64,000 nt of DNA from Verrucomicrobiales bacterium (GTDB lineage: Bacteria > Verrucomicrobiota > Verrucomicrobiia > Verrucomicrobiales > V1-33). Below, one piece after another: positions 19,965 through 29,854 of the stretch. The stretch spans positions 4,855 through 68,854 of the forward strand of contig JBBQWG010000017.1 in the NCBI GenBank assembly GCA_038210825.1, given 5' to 3'. The stretch's first letter is position 1; every line of letters starts with the position of its first letter. Under the pieces are notes generated by a model that made no database searches, had not been told where the DNA came from, and was given only the letters and a program-made list of their open reading frames with translations. Made by a program: the position numbers and the translations under genes.

Positions 19965-21662
19965 ATGATTCAAGCTTCCTTTGAAAAAACCGGGGCGGGC
20001 AAGCTCCCGGTGTATGTGATAGGACATCAAAATCCTGACACCGACGCCATCTGTTCCGCCATCGGCTGTGCCGAACTGCTCCGCCTGACCCGTTATCCGG
20101 ATGCCGTAGCTGCCTGCTGCGGAGGCCTCAATCCACGCACCCGCTGGGTCCTCGAACGCGCCGGCCTCGAAGCTCCCCATCTCATCATGGACCTCCGGCC
20201 CACTGCGGAAACGATCTGCCGCGCCGATGTGGTCAAGGCCGCCGAACATGAAACCTTCCTTGATGTGTATCAGCGCATGGAACGCGCCGAGGTCCGGACC
20301 ATCCCGATTGTCGATGCCGCCGGCCATGTCACCGGTCTGGCCAGCATCCAGGATCTGCTGAAACTGCTGCTCCACAACATTGAAGACAAATCGGAAGCCC
20401 GCCGCGTCCGCACCACCCTCGCGAACATGGCCCGCACCCTTGAAGGGCACATCGCCTGCGGCCGCGAGCTGGATATCGAAACGGACTTTATCCTGACGGT
20501 CAGTGCTTCCAGTGAGGACACCGTAGAGGACCGGCTCCATGAATACCCAAGGGAACGCCTTGTGGTGGTGGTCGGCGACCGCCCGGAGGTGCACCGTATG
20601 GCCCTGGAAGTCAAAGTGAGGGCCATCGTCCTCACCGGGGGAGCGCAGATGGCCCAGGACCTGTTGGAACGCGCAAGGCTGGAAGGATGTGCCGTGCTCT
20701 CCTGCCATCACGATACCGCCAGCACCACCCAGTTGATCCGCTGCTCCCGCCGCATCGCCGATGCCGTGGACCGCAGCTTCAAGTCCTTCGGAGCCAAGAC
20801 CCACATTGCCAATCTCCGCACCGAAATCCAACACATCCCGCAGTCCCTCTTTCCGGTGGTCCGGGAAGACAGCGGCCAACTGGTCGGAGTCTTTTCCAAA
20901 TCCGATCTTCTTGAACCGCCACGCCAGCGCCTCGTCCTCGTGGATCACAACGAACTTTCCCAGGCCGTGCCCGGGGCGGCAGAGGCTAACATCCTCGAAG
21001 TTCTGGACCACCACCGGCTCAGCGGCAATCTGGTCTCCCGCGAACCGATCCGGTTTATCAATGAACCGGTGGGCTCCACCTGCACCATTGTCGCGAGGCT
21101 TTTCCAGCTTTCCTCCCTGCGTCCTTCCCCGCCGGTGGCCCTCTGCCTTTGTGCCGGTCTGATCAGTGACACCCTCAACCTGACATCCCCCACCACCACC
21201 GGAACGGACCGCGAGGTCCTGACATGGCTGGCCGGACAGGCCGGGATTGTAGTGGACGAATTCTCCCGCGACTTCTTTGCCGCCGGCTCCCTGCTCCGCT
21301 CCAGTCCGGCCGAGATCATCCTCAACACGGACCGCAAGGAATTTGTCGAGAATGGATGGAGCATCAGTATCAGCCAGATCGAAGAACTCAGTCTGGAGCA
21401 CTTCGAAGCCCGGGCGGACGACCTGCGCAAGGCTCTGGCCGACCTCGCCGAACGCCGGGAAAGCGACTTTGCCTGCCTGATCATCACCGATATTTCAAAA
21501 CATTACAGCCTGCTTCTGACCAGTGGCAGCCAGTCCGTGGTGGATGAGATCGATTTCCCCCACCTTGCTCCGGACCTCTTTGAGATGGATGGCGTGGTCA
21601 GCCGCAAGAAACAGTTTTTTCCCTTCATCAGCCGGGTCCTCGCCCGTGCCGCCAAGGCCTAG
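19965..21662 (+). CDS. ppaC: Family II Mn-dependent inorganic pyrophosphatase with a CBS-DRTGG-CBS insert
   Basis: [24 protein letters not shown] and SRKKQ motifs; CBS and DRTGG-like insert. Confidence 0.88.
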   Translation: MIQASFEKTGAGKLPVYVIGHQNPDTDAICSAIGCAELLRLTRYPDAVAACCGGLNPRTRWVLERAGLEAPHLIMDLRPTAETICRADVVKAAEHETFLDVYQRMERAEVRTIPIVDAAGHVTGLASIQDLLKLLLHNIEDKSEARRVRTTLANMARTLEGHIACGRELDIETDFILTVSASSEDTVEDRLHEYPRERLVVVVGDRPEVHRMALEVKVRAIVLTGGAQMAQDLLERARLEGCAVLSCHHDTASTTQLIRCSRRIADAVDRSFKSFGAKTHIANLRTEIQHIPQSLFPVVREDSGQLVGVFSKSDLLEPPRQRLVLVDHNELSQAVPGAAEANILEVLDHHRLSGNLVSREPIRFINEPVGSTCTIVARLFQLSSLRPSPPVALCLCAGLISDTLNLTSPTTTGTDREVLTWLAGQAGIVVDEFSRDFFAAGSLLRSSPAEIILNTDRKEFVENGWSISISQIEELSLEHFEARADDLRKALADLAERRESDFACLIITDISKHYSLLLTSGSQSVVDEIDFPHLAPDLFEMDGVVSRKKQFFPFISRVLARAAKA

Positions 21663-22549
21663 GCTGCTCCCTGACCTGCCAACGCACGGGCGGCCTTGAT
21701 CGTATTGGAAATCAGCATGGCAATGGTCATGGGCCCCACCCCGCCCGGCACCGGCGTGATGGCCCGGCACAGCGGGGCCACCGTGTCAAAATCCACATCC
21801 CCCACCAGCCGGTAACCGGATTTGGTGGCCGCATCCGCGATCCGGTTGATCCCGACATCCACCACCACCGCGCCTTCCCTGACAAAGTCTGCAGTGACAA
21901 ACCGGGGCTTGCCGATGGCGGCAATCAGGATGTCCGCGTTGCGGCAGAGGGCAGGCAGGTCCCGGCTGCGGCTGTGGGCCACCGTGACGGTGGCGTTGCC
22001 TCCCGGTCCCTTGGCCATCATCAGCAGAGCCAGCGGTTTGCCCACGATCATGCTGCGTCCCAGCACCACCACGTTGGCGCCTTCCGTGGGGATTTGATAG
22101 TCCATCAGCAGGCGCTGGCAGCCCAATGGCGTGCAGGGCACAAATCCCGAGTCATCCTCAAGGGCCAGTTTGGCGACGTTTTCCGGATGGAAACCGTCCA
22201 CGTCCTTGCGGGGATCGATGGCCCGGATGATGGCGGCCTCATCAATCTGGGGCGGCGGCGGGCTCTGCACCAGAATCCCATGGATGGCCGGATCGTCATT
22301 GAGCTGCCGGACCACCGCCAGCAGCTCCTCCTGGGTAGTAGTGGCAGGCAGTTCCAGTTTGACGGAATGCATCCCCAAATCCCGGCAGGTGCGGTCCTTG
22401 GAGCCGACATAGGCTTTGGAGGCCGGATCATCCCCCACCAGCACCACGGCGAGGCCGGGCTGGATGCCGGCAGCGGCCAGGGTCGTCAAGGCAGCGCGGC
22501 ATTCTTCGAGCACGCGGGCCGCAGTGGATTTGCCATCAATCAGAATCAT
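21659..22549 (-). CDS. folD: Methylenetetrahydrofolate dehydrogenase/cyclohydrolase
   Basis: [33 protein letters not shown] and [10 protein letters not shown] motifs. Confidence 0.97.
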   Translation of the reverse strand: MILIDGKSTAARVLEECRAALTTLAAAGIQPGLAVVLVGDDPASKAYVGSKDRTCRDLGMHSVKLELPATTTQEELLAVVRQLNDDPAIHGILVQSPPPPQIDEAAIIRAIDPRKDVDGFHPENVAKLALEDDSGFVPCTPLGCQRLLMDYQIPTEGANVVVLGRSMIVGKPLALLMMAKGPGGNATVTVAHSRSRDLPALCRNADILIAAIGKPRFVTADFVREGAVVVDVGINRIADAATKSGYRLVGDVDFDTVAPLCRAITPVPGGVGPMTIAMLISNTIKAARALAGQGAA

Positions 22550-22612
22550 TGCAGGAGGGGAGGAACGGGGTTGGTAGGGAAGGGTGGACCGCACGAAGCA
22601 AAAGGCAGGATC

Positions 22613-23266
22613 TCAGTCCTGCTCCGGGCGGAGCAGGTTTGTCAGCCGCCCGCGCGCGGTCTCGGGATCTTCGTCAGCCGCGACATGGGTGAAAGGGAGA
22701 AAACGGACTTTCACCACGGAAAATGGATGCGGAATAAAAAACCGGTCCCACGACTTGAGCCGCCATGCCTTTTCGTATTCGACCGTGACCGGGACGATGG
22801 GCACCCCGCACAAGCGCGCCAACTGCACCACCCCCGGCTGCATTTGATAGAGCGGCCCCCGCGGCCCGTCCGGCGTGATGCCGATGTAGTAGTTCTGCTT
22901 CAGCAGCCGGCGGCACTCGATCAGGGCCTGGGCTCCACGCCGGGAGGAGGAGCCCCGCACCGCCTGCAGCCCGAAGCGCCGCATTACTGCCGCCAGCATC
23001 GCCCCATCCCGGCTGGCACTGGTGAGCACCGCAGCCTGACGGAATTTTCGCGTATAGCGCGAGTACAGGCTGGGCACGATCAACATGCGGTTGTGCCAGA
23101 ACATCCAGATTAACCCATGCTCCGGAGGATCAGAGAGCAATCCGGAATCGTCCGTGATCCTCACCCTCAGCGTTTTGGTGAGGAGCCGGATGAAACTGCC
23201 GATCACAAATCCCAGCACCCGCGGTTTTAATGCGGTGTCGGACTGGGCAGTGACGGGTTTCAGCAT
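22613..23266 (-). CDS. DUF374 / lysophospholipid acyltransferase family protein
   Basis: FWHNR, SASRDG, RGSSSRRG, ITPDGPRGP and SWDRF motifs. Confidence 0.88.
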   Translation of the reverse strand: MLKPVTAQSDTALKPRVLGFVIGSFIRLLTKTLRVRITDDSGLLSDPPEHGLIWMFWHNRMLIVPSLYSRYTRKFRQAAVLTSASRDGAMLAAVMRRFGLQAVRGSSSRRGAQALIECRRLLKQNYYIGITPDGPRGPLYQMQPGVVQLARLCGVPIVPVTVEYEKAWRLKSWDRFFIPHPFSVVKVRFLPFTHVAADEDPETARGRLTNLLRPEQD

Positions 23267-23355
23267 GAGGGGACCAAAGGGTTATATCGCGGCCCGGCCT
23301 GAGGAGAGTCGACCTTCGGTTGACCCGGACCTGGCGGACAGAATGTCCGCCCTCC

Positions 23356-24855
23356 TCACAGCCATCCATTGGCTTTGAGGGACCCGGTGAGTTTCATTTG
23401 CCGGTCCAACTGGGCGGAATAAAGATCCTTCAAGCCCGGATTGGGCAGGGCCCGGGTGGATTCATCAAGGGAAACCAGACGGTCCGTCAGGCCTGACAAG
23501 GTGACTGCGGGGTCGGCTGCCTGCTGCACCACATAGGCCGCCTGCAGTGCGGCTCCCAGGCCGGCTCCTTCCGCCGTGGCCAGGCTGACCACCGGCACCC
23601 CGAAGACATCCGCCACCACCTGACGCCAGCCCGCACTGCGGCTGCCGCCCCCGGTGAGGCGGATTTCGGCCGGGGTCACGCCAAGGGATTCAAACCGCTT
23701 CATGCCATAGGCAAGGCCGATGGTCACGCCTTCCACCGCCGCCCGGACCAGGTGCGCCGGCGTAAAGTTGTCCGGGCGCAGACCGTGCAGCACTCCGCTG
23801 CCATTGGGAAGATTGGGCGTGCGTTCGCCATTCAGATAGGGCAGGAAGGTTAGCCCCTCTGCCCCCGCAGGTGCCGCCTTCAATTGGCTTTCCAGTTGGT
23901 TATGGTCAAATCCAAACAAGCCTCGCACCGCTTCGGTTAGCACCGTGACATTCATCGTGCAAACCAGTGGCATCCACTGATCCGAGCTGTCGCAGAAAGC
24001 GGCTACTTCCCCCTCCGGATCGATCACCGGTTTCCCCGCGCAGGCAAAGAGGGTGCCGGAAGTGCCCAGCGACGCGGTCACCACCCCCGGGCGGACATTG
24101 CCCGTGCCGATGGCCCCCATCATGTTGTCGCCCCCGCCCGCACTGACCACCACGCCTTCCGGCAGATTCCACCGGCGGCGCAGTTCCTCCTTCAATGGGC
24201 CATGCGCCGCAAGGGACGACCCCAGCGGCGGGAGGAGATCGTGCACCCTTGGGTCAATGGCATCAATCAGGCCCCGGTGCCACTCCCGGGTCCGCACATT
24301 GAGCAGGCCGGTACCGGAGGCATCGCCGTATTCCATCCGCATTACCCCGGTGAGGTGGAAATTCAGATAGTCATGTGGCAGCAGAATGGCGGCGGTGCGG
24401 GCAAAGTTTTCCGGTTCGTGCCGTTTCAGCCAAAGAATCTTGGAGGCCGTGAATCCGGGCGGGATGGCGTTGCCGGCCTCGGCTATCAGGCCGGACGGTC
24501 CGCCAAAGACTTCCGCCAGCAGGGCACATTCCTCCGTTGTGGAAGTGTCACACCACAATTTGGCCGGGCGCACCACCTTGTCATTCCGGGCCAGCACCAC
24601 CAGCCCGTGCTGTTGGCCGCTCACCCCTATACCCCGGATCTCCTGCCGCCGGTCTCCCAACTGGCTGAGACAGGACTCAATCGTCAAATCCACCGCCCTC
24701 GTCCAATCCTGCGGATGCTGCTCCAAATGACCCGGCGGCAGCCCGTCGATCATCCCGTATTTCTCAGAAGCGTGGGCCACGATGGCCCCGGTTTCAAAGT
24801 CGAGCACCACGGCCTTGGTGCTTTGGGTGCCGCTGTCGAGTCCGATGAAGAGCAT
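23356..24855 (-). CDS. xylB: Xylulokinase (FGGY kinase)
   Basis: GLDSGTQSTK, GVSGQQHG, LWCDT, GGGDN, SLGTSGT, GERTP and GGGSRS motifs. Confidence 0.9.
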   Translation of the reverse strand: MLFIGLDSGTQSTKAVVLDFETGAIVAHASEKYGMIDGLPPGHLEQHPQDWTRAVDLTIESCLSQLGDRRQEIRGIGVSGQQHGLVVLARNDKVVRPAKLWCDTSTTEECALLAEVFGGPSGLIAEAGNAIPPGFTASKILWLKRHEPENFARTAAILLPHDYLNFHLTGVMRMEYGDASGTGLLNVRTREWHRGLIDAIDPRVHDLLPPLGSSLAAHGPLKEELRRRWNLPEGVVVSAGGGDNMMGAIGTGNVRPGVVTASLGTSGTLFACAGKPVIDPEGEVAAFCDSSDQWMPLVCTMNVTVLTEAVRGLFGFDHNQLESQLKAAPAGAEGLTFLPYLNGERTPNLPNGSGVLHGLRPDNFTPAHLVRAAVEGVTIGLAYGMKRFESLGVTPAEIRLTGGGSRSAGWRQVVADVFGVPVVSLATAEGAGLGAALQAAYVVQQAADPAVTLSGLTDRLVSLDESTRALPNPGLKDLYSAQLDRQMKLTGSLKANGWL

Positions 24856-25358
24856 GGGAATTAGAAGGAAATGGTGAGTTGCGCGTTTCCCGATCAAAGC
24901 GGGTCAGGACGGGAGCGTCAATCGTTCATGGCTTTTATCCAAATCGTGCCGCACATTGCCCATGTGGTTGGTCGGTGGCGCGGGGTGCCGGGACCGCTAA
25001 CGCGGCCAGGCACTGCTCCCAATGTCCAGGACGCGCCGCTTCCCATGGTGCCGTAATCAATTATTATGGTGAAAAGGGTATGATTTCCACAAATGCATCC
25101 CGCATGATGCATTCCTTATTGCCGTTAGGCCTGCGCCGAAATGCGGGAGCATGGATGAAGATGAACAAGGCACTTATTCAATAGCATGGGCGGTAAAATG
25201 TATTGGCCCGATGACTGATCCAATCGAGGTCCTTGTACACAAATTCTGCACTTCCATAATGAAGGGCACGGACCAGATAACACCGAAAATCGAATTCCGA
25301 TTGTATAATCTCCATGCCCCCACGATCTGTGGTATTAGGGGCGGGCTAAAGAAGGAAG

Positions 25359-25400
25359 TCAGCCATCAGCCATCAGCCATCAGCCATCAGCGGTCAGCCA
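25359..25400. repeat. Heptamer tandem array (TCAGCCA)x6
   Basis: TCAGCCA four times, one TCAGCGG variant, then TCAGCCA. Confidence 0.9.
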
Positions 25401-25632
25401 GCGCCAATGGCGCATTTCATGATAGCCTGGAGTTTCAACCCCAGGAAACCCAACCCCGCCCTATCCAGAGCGCCAACGGCGCGATCTACGGGGGCGATTA
25501 TGGATGGAGACCACCGGGTGGGAACAGCTGGCACCGGGAAATCATGTGACGCGCTTTCAGCGCTGGGGAATGGGGCGCAATGATAACCTGGGGTTGAAAC
25601 CCCAGGCTGTCATGGCATGCGCCTTTGGCGCT
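25400..25632. mobile_element. Symmetric REP/REPIN- or MITE-like non-autonomous element
   Basis: 46-bp imperfect terminal inverted repeats (25400-25445 and 25587-25632). Each contains an AGCGCCAAnGGCGC palindrome and a CCTGGGGTTGAAACCCCAGG-type hairpin. Two further palindromes lie inside. Confidence 0.7.
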
Positions 25633-25745
25633 AAAGGTGGGCTTTGGCGCTAAAGGTGGGCTTTGGCGCTGATGAGGTGCTTTGGCGCTAAAGGGGTGCT
25701 TTGACGCTAATGGGGTGCTTTGGCGCTAATGGGGGGCTTTGGCGT
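25622..25745. repeat. 19-bp period tandem array (CTTTGGCGCT + 9 nt) x7
   Basis: Seven CTTTG(G/A)CG(C/T) cores at exact 19-nt spacing; two more units at about 25835-25870. Confidence 0.9.
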
Positions 25746-25949
25746 ACTTGAATGGACATTGCGTAAGTCATTGAAATTTAACCGATATATTCGTGATGTC
25801 CACTCCCATCCCACATCGGAGCGCCGGTTTGTTTCTAAAGGGGTGCTTTGGCGCTAAAGGGGAGCTTTGACGTTGGAGCCGCCAACGGCGCGTTCCATGA
25901 GGGAGCAGGGGTTTTGGTTTGGGGGATGAGATAGGATAGGAAGGACTGG

Positions 25950-25994
25950 CCCATCCTTCGGATCATAATGCCGGTAGCCGGAGTAATGCAGGCC
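25950..25994 (-). pseudogene. Rhs repeat-associated core remnant
   Basis: Translates GLHYSGYRHYDPKDG, resembling the Rhs core consensus GLYYYGxRYYDPxxG. No flanking YD repeats and no SxDP motif. Confidence 0.5.
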
Positions 25995-26261
25995 GGCGAC
26001 AAGGGAGTCCAAGGAATTCCCAAGAATTGCGCTGATCCCAGGCCGGGTGAGGGCTCGTAACCCCCGCCCAGCGGACAGTAGCAATTTGCTTTTTCCGGGG
26101 AATTTGGTTATATCGAAGGCCAATTCCGGGTAGGCCGGGGTCATGGGGCCGCCGGGACGGCGGCGCTTCCAGCGGGCTCCGGGGGCGACGAGACCGGGCA
26201 GTTTAGCCTGCCCGGCGTCTGGTGGCATGAATTTCCACAAGCCATTTCTGCGTGGAAAAAT

Positions 26262-27176
26262 TTAACGGTTGAGCTTCCTCCGGGCCGCCATCATGCCTCC
26301 GAGCGCCACGCCCAGCATGCCAAGGGTCGCGCCGCTGTCAGGCACAGACGCCGGCTGCGCAATGGCGAGGCCGTAGGGGCGGACGGCTCCCTGACCGATG
26401 GTTCCAAGGCTGGTGGCGGCACCGGTCGTCAGGTTGATCGAATGGAAGGAGGCCTGACCTGCGGGATTGGTCAGGAGGGCATAGGCCTGGTTTCCCCCGG
26501 AACTATCGGACAGGATATCAAAGCCGGTGCGGACGCCGGTGTCGAAGCCGAGGGATCCCACAGTGTTCAACACTCCGTTGTTCGGCAGGGCCGTGGTCAC
26601 CAGGGTGTCCGTCCCGTAGTCGATGTAATAAAGCTGGGTGCCCGTGGCGGGGTTGGTATCATTGTTGGTGTAGGCAGCATCAATGATCGAAGGATTGACA
26701 CCGGCATTGACGTCACCCGGTGCGTAGGCCAGTGGGCCGTCCGTCAGAGCGGCTCCGGTGTCGACGTTGATGCGCAGATTTTGTTCCCCATCATTCACCA
26801 GCCGCAGACGGTCGGCGGCCGGGTTGAAGTCGATGCCCAAATTTCCCGTGGTGGAATTGGCCGACGAGATGGACACCAGGCTGGTGGCGGCCGTATTCGG
26901 ATTGATGGTGACGATTTCGCCTCCGGTGCCGAATCCATACAGCCGTCCGTCTGCGGGACGGAAATCGATCCCCTTGAGAATTGTTAAGGCCCCTGAAACC
27001 GTGCCCACCACAGTGGTCACTCCCGGATTGGTGATGTCGAAACTCACAAGGGTATCGCCGTTATTGCCAATGGTGTAAGCCAAAATGGCGGCGTTCCCGG
27101 CAGCAGCCGTCAAAAGCAGGGCGGCCGCCGTGGCCAGGCAGTGGGTGGATTTGGTTTTCATAAAGGTCAGGGGCAA
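26262..27176 (-). CDS. DUF4394-domain surface protein with a VPDSG-CTERM sorting signal
   Basis: GIDFRPADGRLYG, IDFNPAADRLR, AAYTN and LYYID motifs; C-terminal VPDSGATLGMLGVALGGMMAARRK. Confidence 0.88.
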   Translation of the reverse strand: MPLTFMKTKSTHCLATAAALLLTAAAGNAAILAYTIGNNGDTLVSFDITNPGVTTVVGTVSGALTILKGIDFRPADGRLYGFGTGGEIVTINPNTAATSLVSISSANSTTGNLGIDFNPAADRLRLVNDGEQNLRINVDTGAALTDGPLAYAPGDVNAGVNPSIIDAAYTNNDTNPATGTQLYYIDYGTDTLVTTALPNNGVLNTVGSLGFDTGVRTGFDILSDSSGGNQAYALLTNPAGQASFHSINLTTGAATSLGTIGQGAVRPYGLAIAQPASVPDSGATLGMLGVALGGMMAARRKLNR

Positions 27177-27400
27177 TGATGAAGCGGTGGATCGTTGGAT
27201 AGACCCGGAGGATGGCCGGAGATTTTCTGCGGCATAGCTTCATCGTATTTGCCCGGGACCTGGATGCATCGAAATTGCCCTTTTCATTCGATGGAAATGG
27301 AGACTCCGCCCCACCGTCAAGAGGAGACCCATTTCCTGCCCTGGAACGGCCGGCAGCCCTCTTGAATGGGGTGGCAGACCTGACGCTTCCTGGGATTCCC

Positions 27401-27658
27401 TCACAAACCGATGCGGCCGAGGGCATCGGCCACGCTCTTGAGGAGCTGGGTGGCATCGGGATGTTTGGCTTCCAATTCGAGCATGGCATCCTCCAATTGC
27501 TGCATGGGAGGCAGGTGACTGTCGTCCTGAGCGGCCGCACTTTGCTCCAATTCCTCGAGTGTCTGGGTGAGGCGGAGCCGCTGCTCCCCGGGCAGACCTT
27601 CGATTTGTTGAATGGCCTGGCGCAGGGCGTTGATCTTGTCAGTGAGGTCGGGGTCCAT
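27401..27658 (-). CDS. Small helical protein, DUF4404-like
   Basis: 85 aa ending LELEAKHPDATQLLKSVADALGRIGL. Confidence 0.75.
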   Translation of the reverse strand: MDPDLTDKINALRQAIQQIEGLPGEQRLRLTQTLEELEQSAAAQDDSHLPPMQQLEDAMLELEAKHPDATQLLKSVADALGRIGL

Positions 27659-27793
27659 AAATTTTGGGTGCAGACTACCAGACAAAGCGGCGCGGTGCCT
27701 TCTTTTCCAGCGGAAAACTGCTGTGGCTGCGGCACCGGGCCCCGCAGGAATACCGGCGATTGCCATGATGCCGGTCCCCTGGTATCGAAGCAG

Positions 27794-28363
27794 ATGTGGT
27801 CCGCCGTGGAGTATTGCCATGTCTTGCTGCGGGAGCGCCTGCTCCCGGGGGACTGGGCGGTGGATGCCACGGCCGGGAATGGACACGATACTTATCTCCT
27901 CACTCAACTGACCGGTCCCGACGGGAGGGTTTTTGCCTTCGATGTGCAGGCGCAGGCCATCGCGGCCACGCGGCAGTTGCTGGAGCGCGGGGGGGTGCCG
28001 GAAGCGTGCTATCAACTGATCCAGTCCAGTCATGTAGACATGGCCTCCCACCTTCCGCCGGAGCCGGCCGGGCGGTATGCCGCCGTCATTTTCAATTTGG
28101 GATACCTGCCAGGCGGGGTAAAAAGGCTCACTACGCGCGCGGAAACTACCTTGCCCGCGGTGCGCCTCGCTTTGGAGCTGCTGCGGCCGGGCGGATTGCT
28201 GCTGCTGGTGCTTTATCCCGGGCATGACGCCGGGGCGGATGAAGCCAGGGTTTTGCGGGAATTTGCCTCCGGCCTGTCTCCGCGCCAGTGGCAGGTGACA
28301 GAATACCGTCCCCTCAACACCCGGCAGCCTCCGCCCTCCGTGCTGGCAGTCGGGAAAGTCTGA
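27794..28363 (+). CDS. Class I SAM methyltransferase, YtqB/MnmM-like
   Basis: DATAGNGHDT, FAFDVQ, SSH, IFNLGYLPGG and YPGH motifs. Confidence 0.88.
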   Translation: MWSAVEYCHVLLRERLLPGDWAVDATAGNGHDTYLLTQLTGPDGRVFAFDVQAQAIAATRQLLERGGVPEACYQLIQSSHVDMASHLPPEPAGRYAAVIFNLGYLPGGVKRLTTRAETTLPAVRLALELLRPGGLLLLVLYPGHDAGADEARVLREFASGLSPRQWQVTEYRPLNTRQPPPSVLAVGKV

Positions 28364-28409
28364 AGGGCCGCGCGTTAGGGACCCGGAGATTCCGGGGTCC
28401 ACCGGCAAG

Positions 28410-28916
28410 CTATTTCTGGAAGATGAAAAACTTCCGGCAGATGAAGTTGATCAGGACATTGGGCAGGATAAATCCGGCAAGGGCAGCCCACCTCGGCCAA
28501 TGGAAAAAATAAACCAAACCGGCCTGGGCCAAGGTGCCACAAAGGGCTCCGGGAAGATTGACTGCCGTGAAAAACAGGAACTCCCTGACCGGGGAATGGC
28601 GCCCGGGGGTGAAGACCCATTTCATATTCAGCCAGTAGACAAAGGCATTGGAAAACAGGAATGCAATGGCGGTGGGGGTGAAGGTGGATTTGGCGCGCAG
28701 CCACGGGTCCATGGTGCGGTCATTCAACTCCGGCCAGACCCAGTAAATCAGCCCCAGATAAATAGCCGTGTGCACCATGAGCGCGCCGACTCCGCTGACC
28801 CCATACTTCAGAAACTGGATCGCGGGCGGAGCCTGCCGGCTGTGAAACAGGCGAAGCAGGGTGGGCAGGTCGTTTTCGCGCCAGAGCTTCAACAGATCAG
28901 TCAGGGCAGTCAGCAT
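28410..28916 (-). CDS. GtrA family membrane protein
   Basis: QFLKYGVSG, NAFVYWLNMKWVF and NFICRKFFIF; about four TM segments. Confidence 0.85.
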   Translation of the reverse strand: MLTALTDLLKLWRENDLPTLLRLFHSRQAPPAIQFLKYGVSGVGALMVHTAIYLGLIYWVWPELNDRTMDPWLRAKSTFTPTAIAFLFSNAFVYWLNMKWVFTPGRHSPVREFLFFTAVNLPGALCGTLAQAGLVYFFHWPRWAALAGFILPNVLINFICRKFFIFQK

Positions 28917-28929
28917 GGGGTTCTGGCAG

Positions 28930-29847
28930 TTAGCACCACTCCGGGTATTTGGCCCGCCAGAGTGGCAGGGCGAGGAGGATGTCTTCTTTTTTGCGGCGGT
29001 GGCTGAGTTCCCAGACGATGGGCTTGTCCAGCGGCACCAGGGGAAGCAGGCGGTTGAAATCCACACTCCCCTGAAAGGGAACCCGGTGGTCCCGTTCCGG
29101 CCAGATCACATCATGCAGGTGGCAGCCGATCAGCCATGGCACCATTTTGGAAAGCCATTGGTAGTGGTCCAGCAGGCTGAGATTGGCCTTGAGCTGGACG
29201 TGGCCGAAATCGTGCCAATAACCGATCCATGGCCCGGCGACTTCCGCCATCAGCTCCACCATTTCCTGCTCAGTGGGCACCTGTTCGTAATGGCTGCGGC
29301 TTTCGATGGCGACCGCCACGCCATGCTTTTCCGCGTGCTCCGCGATAATGGCGAGGGCTTCCCGGGCGCGGCCGAAATACAGGCGGCTCAGGGACTCCCG
29401 GGTCCGGATCATCTTCAGTTTTTCCCGGACATATTTCCGGCTGTTGAGCTGGCCGGCAATCACCATGTCGGTGAGTTGGGAGGACGGTTTGCCCATGGGC
29501 ACGGTGCCGAGATGGAGAACCACGTATTTAGCCTGGTAATGGGCCGCTGTCTCGATGGTTTTCAGGGTCAGGGAAAGCGCCCGCTCCCGGTGATGCGGGC
29601 GGTGACTGGTGAACTCATACGCGTCCGGGGCATCAATCATCAGTTCCACCGGCGAAGGACAGAAATTGTGGACCCCTGACACTTTCACGCGCCCGGCTTC
29701 GAAAGCCTTGCGGATGCCCGGCAACAGCGAAACCTTCAAGCCATGGCTGATCTCGATGGTATCAACTCCCAAACCAAGAATCTCGTCCACCATGGCCTCC
29801 CCGTCGGTATGACGGCTGCTGTTCCAGCAGGTGGAAAAGGAAAGCAT
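28930..29847 (-). CDS. Sugar phosphate isomerase/epimerase (TIM barrel, AP-endonuclease-2-like)
   Basis: SGVHN, VVLHLG, IESR, WHDFGH, HLHD and WEL metal-binding pattern. Confidence 0.85.
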   Translation of the reverse strand: MLSFSTCWNSSRHTDGEAMVDEILGLGVDTIEISHGLKVSLLPGIRKAFEAGRVKVSGVHNFCPSPVELMIDAPDAYEFTSHRPHHRERALSLTLKTIETAAHYQAKYVVLHLGTVPMGKPSSQLTDMVIAGQLNSRKYVREKLKMIRTRESLSRLYFGRAREALAIIAEHAEKHGVAVAIESRSHYEQVPTEQEMVELMAEVAGPWIGYWHDFGHVQLKANLSLLDHYQWLSKMVPWLIGCHLHDVIWPERDHRVPFQGSVDFNRLLPLVPLDKPIVWELSHRRKKEDILLALPLWRAKYPEWC

Positions 29848-29854
29848 CGGGGAA

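Noticed and set aside
25622-25745. Possible mini-CRISPR array
   Set aside because: Repeat of 10 nt and spacers of 9 nt are far too short, spacers resemble each other, and no cas genes are present.
25753-25802. TGGACAT..ATGTCCA inverted repeat enclosing GTAAGTCATTGA as an integrase att or arm site
   Set aside because: Only 7-bp arms, with no tRNA, integrase or matching second site in the window.
27061-28408. Long overlapping ORFs 27212-28363 (+), 27401-28408 (-) and 27061-27870 (-) at full length
   Set aside because: Only the C-terminal portions (methyltransferase from 27794, DUF4404-like from 27658) look like real proteins; the extensions overlap other genes.
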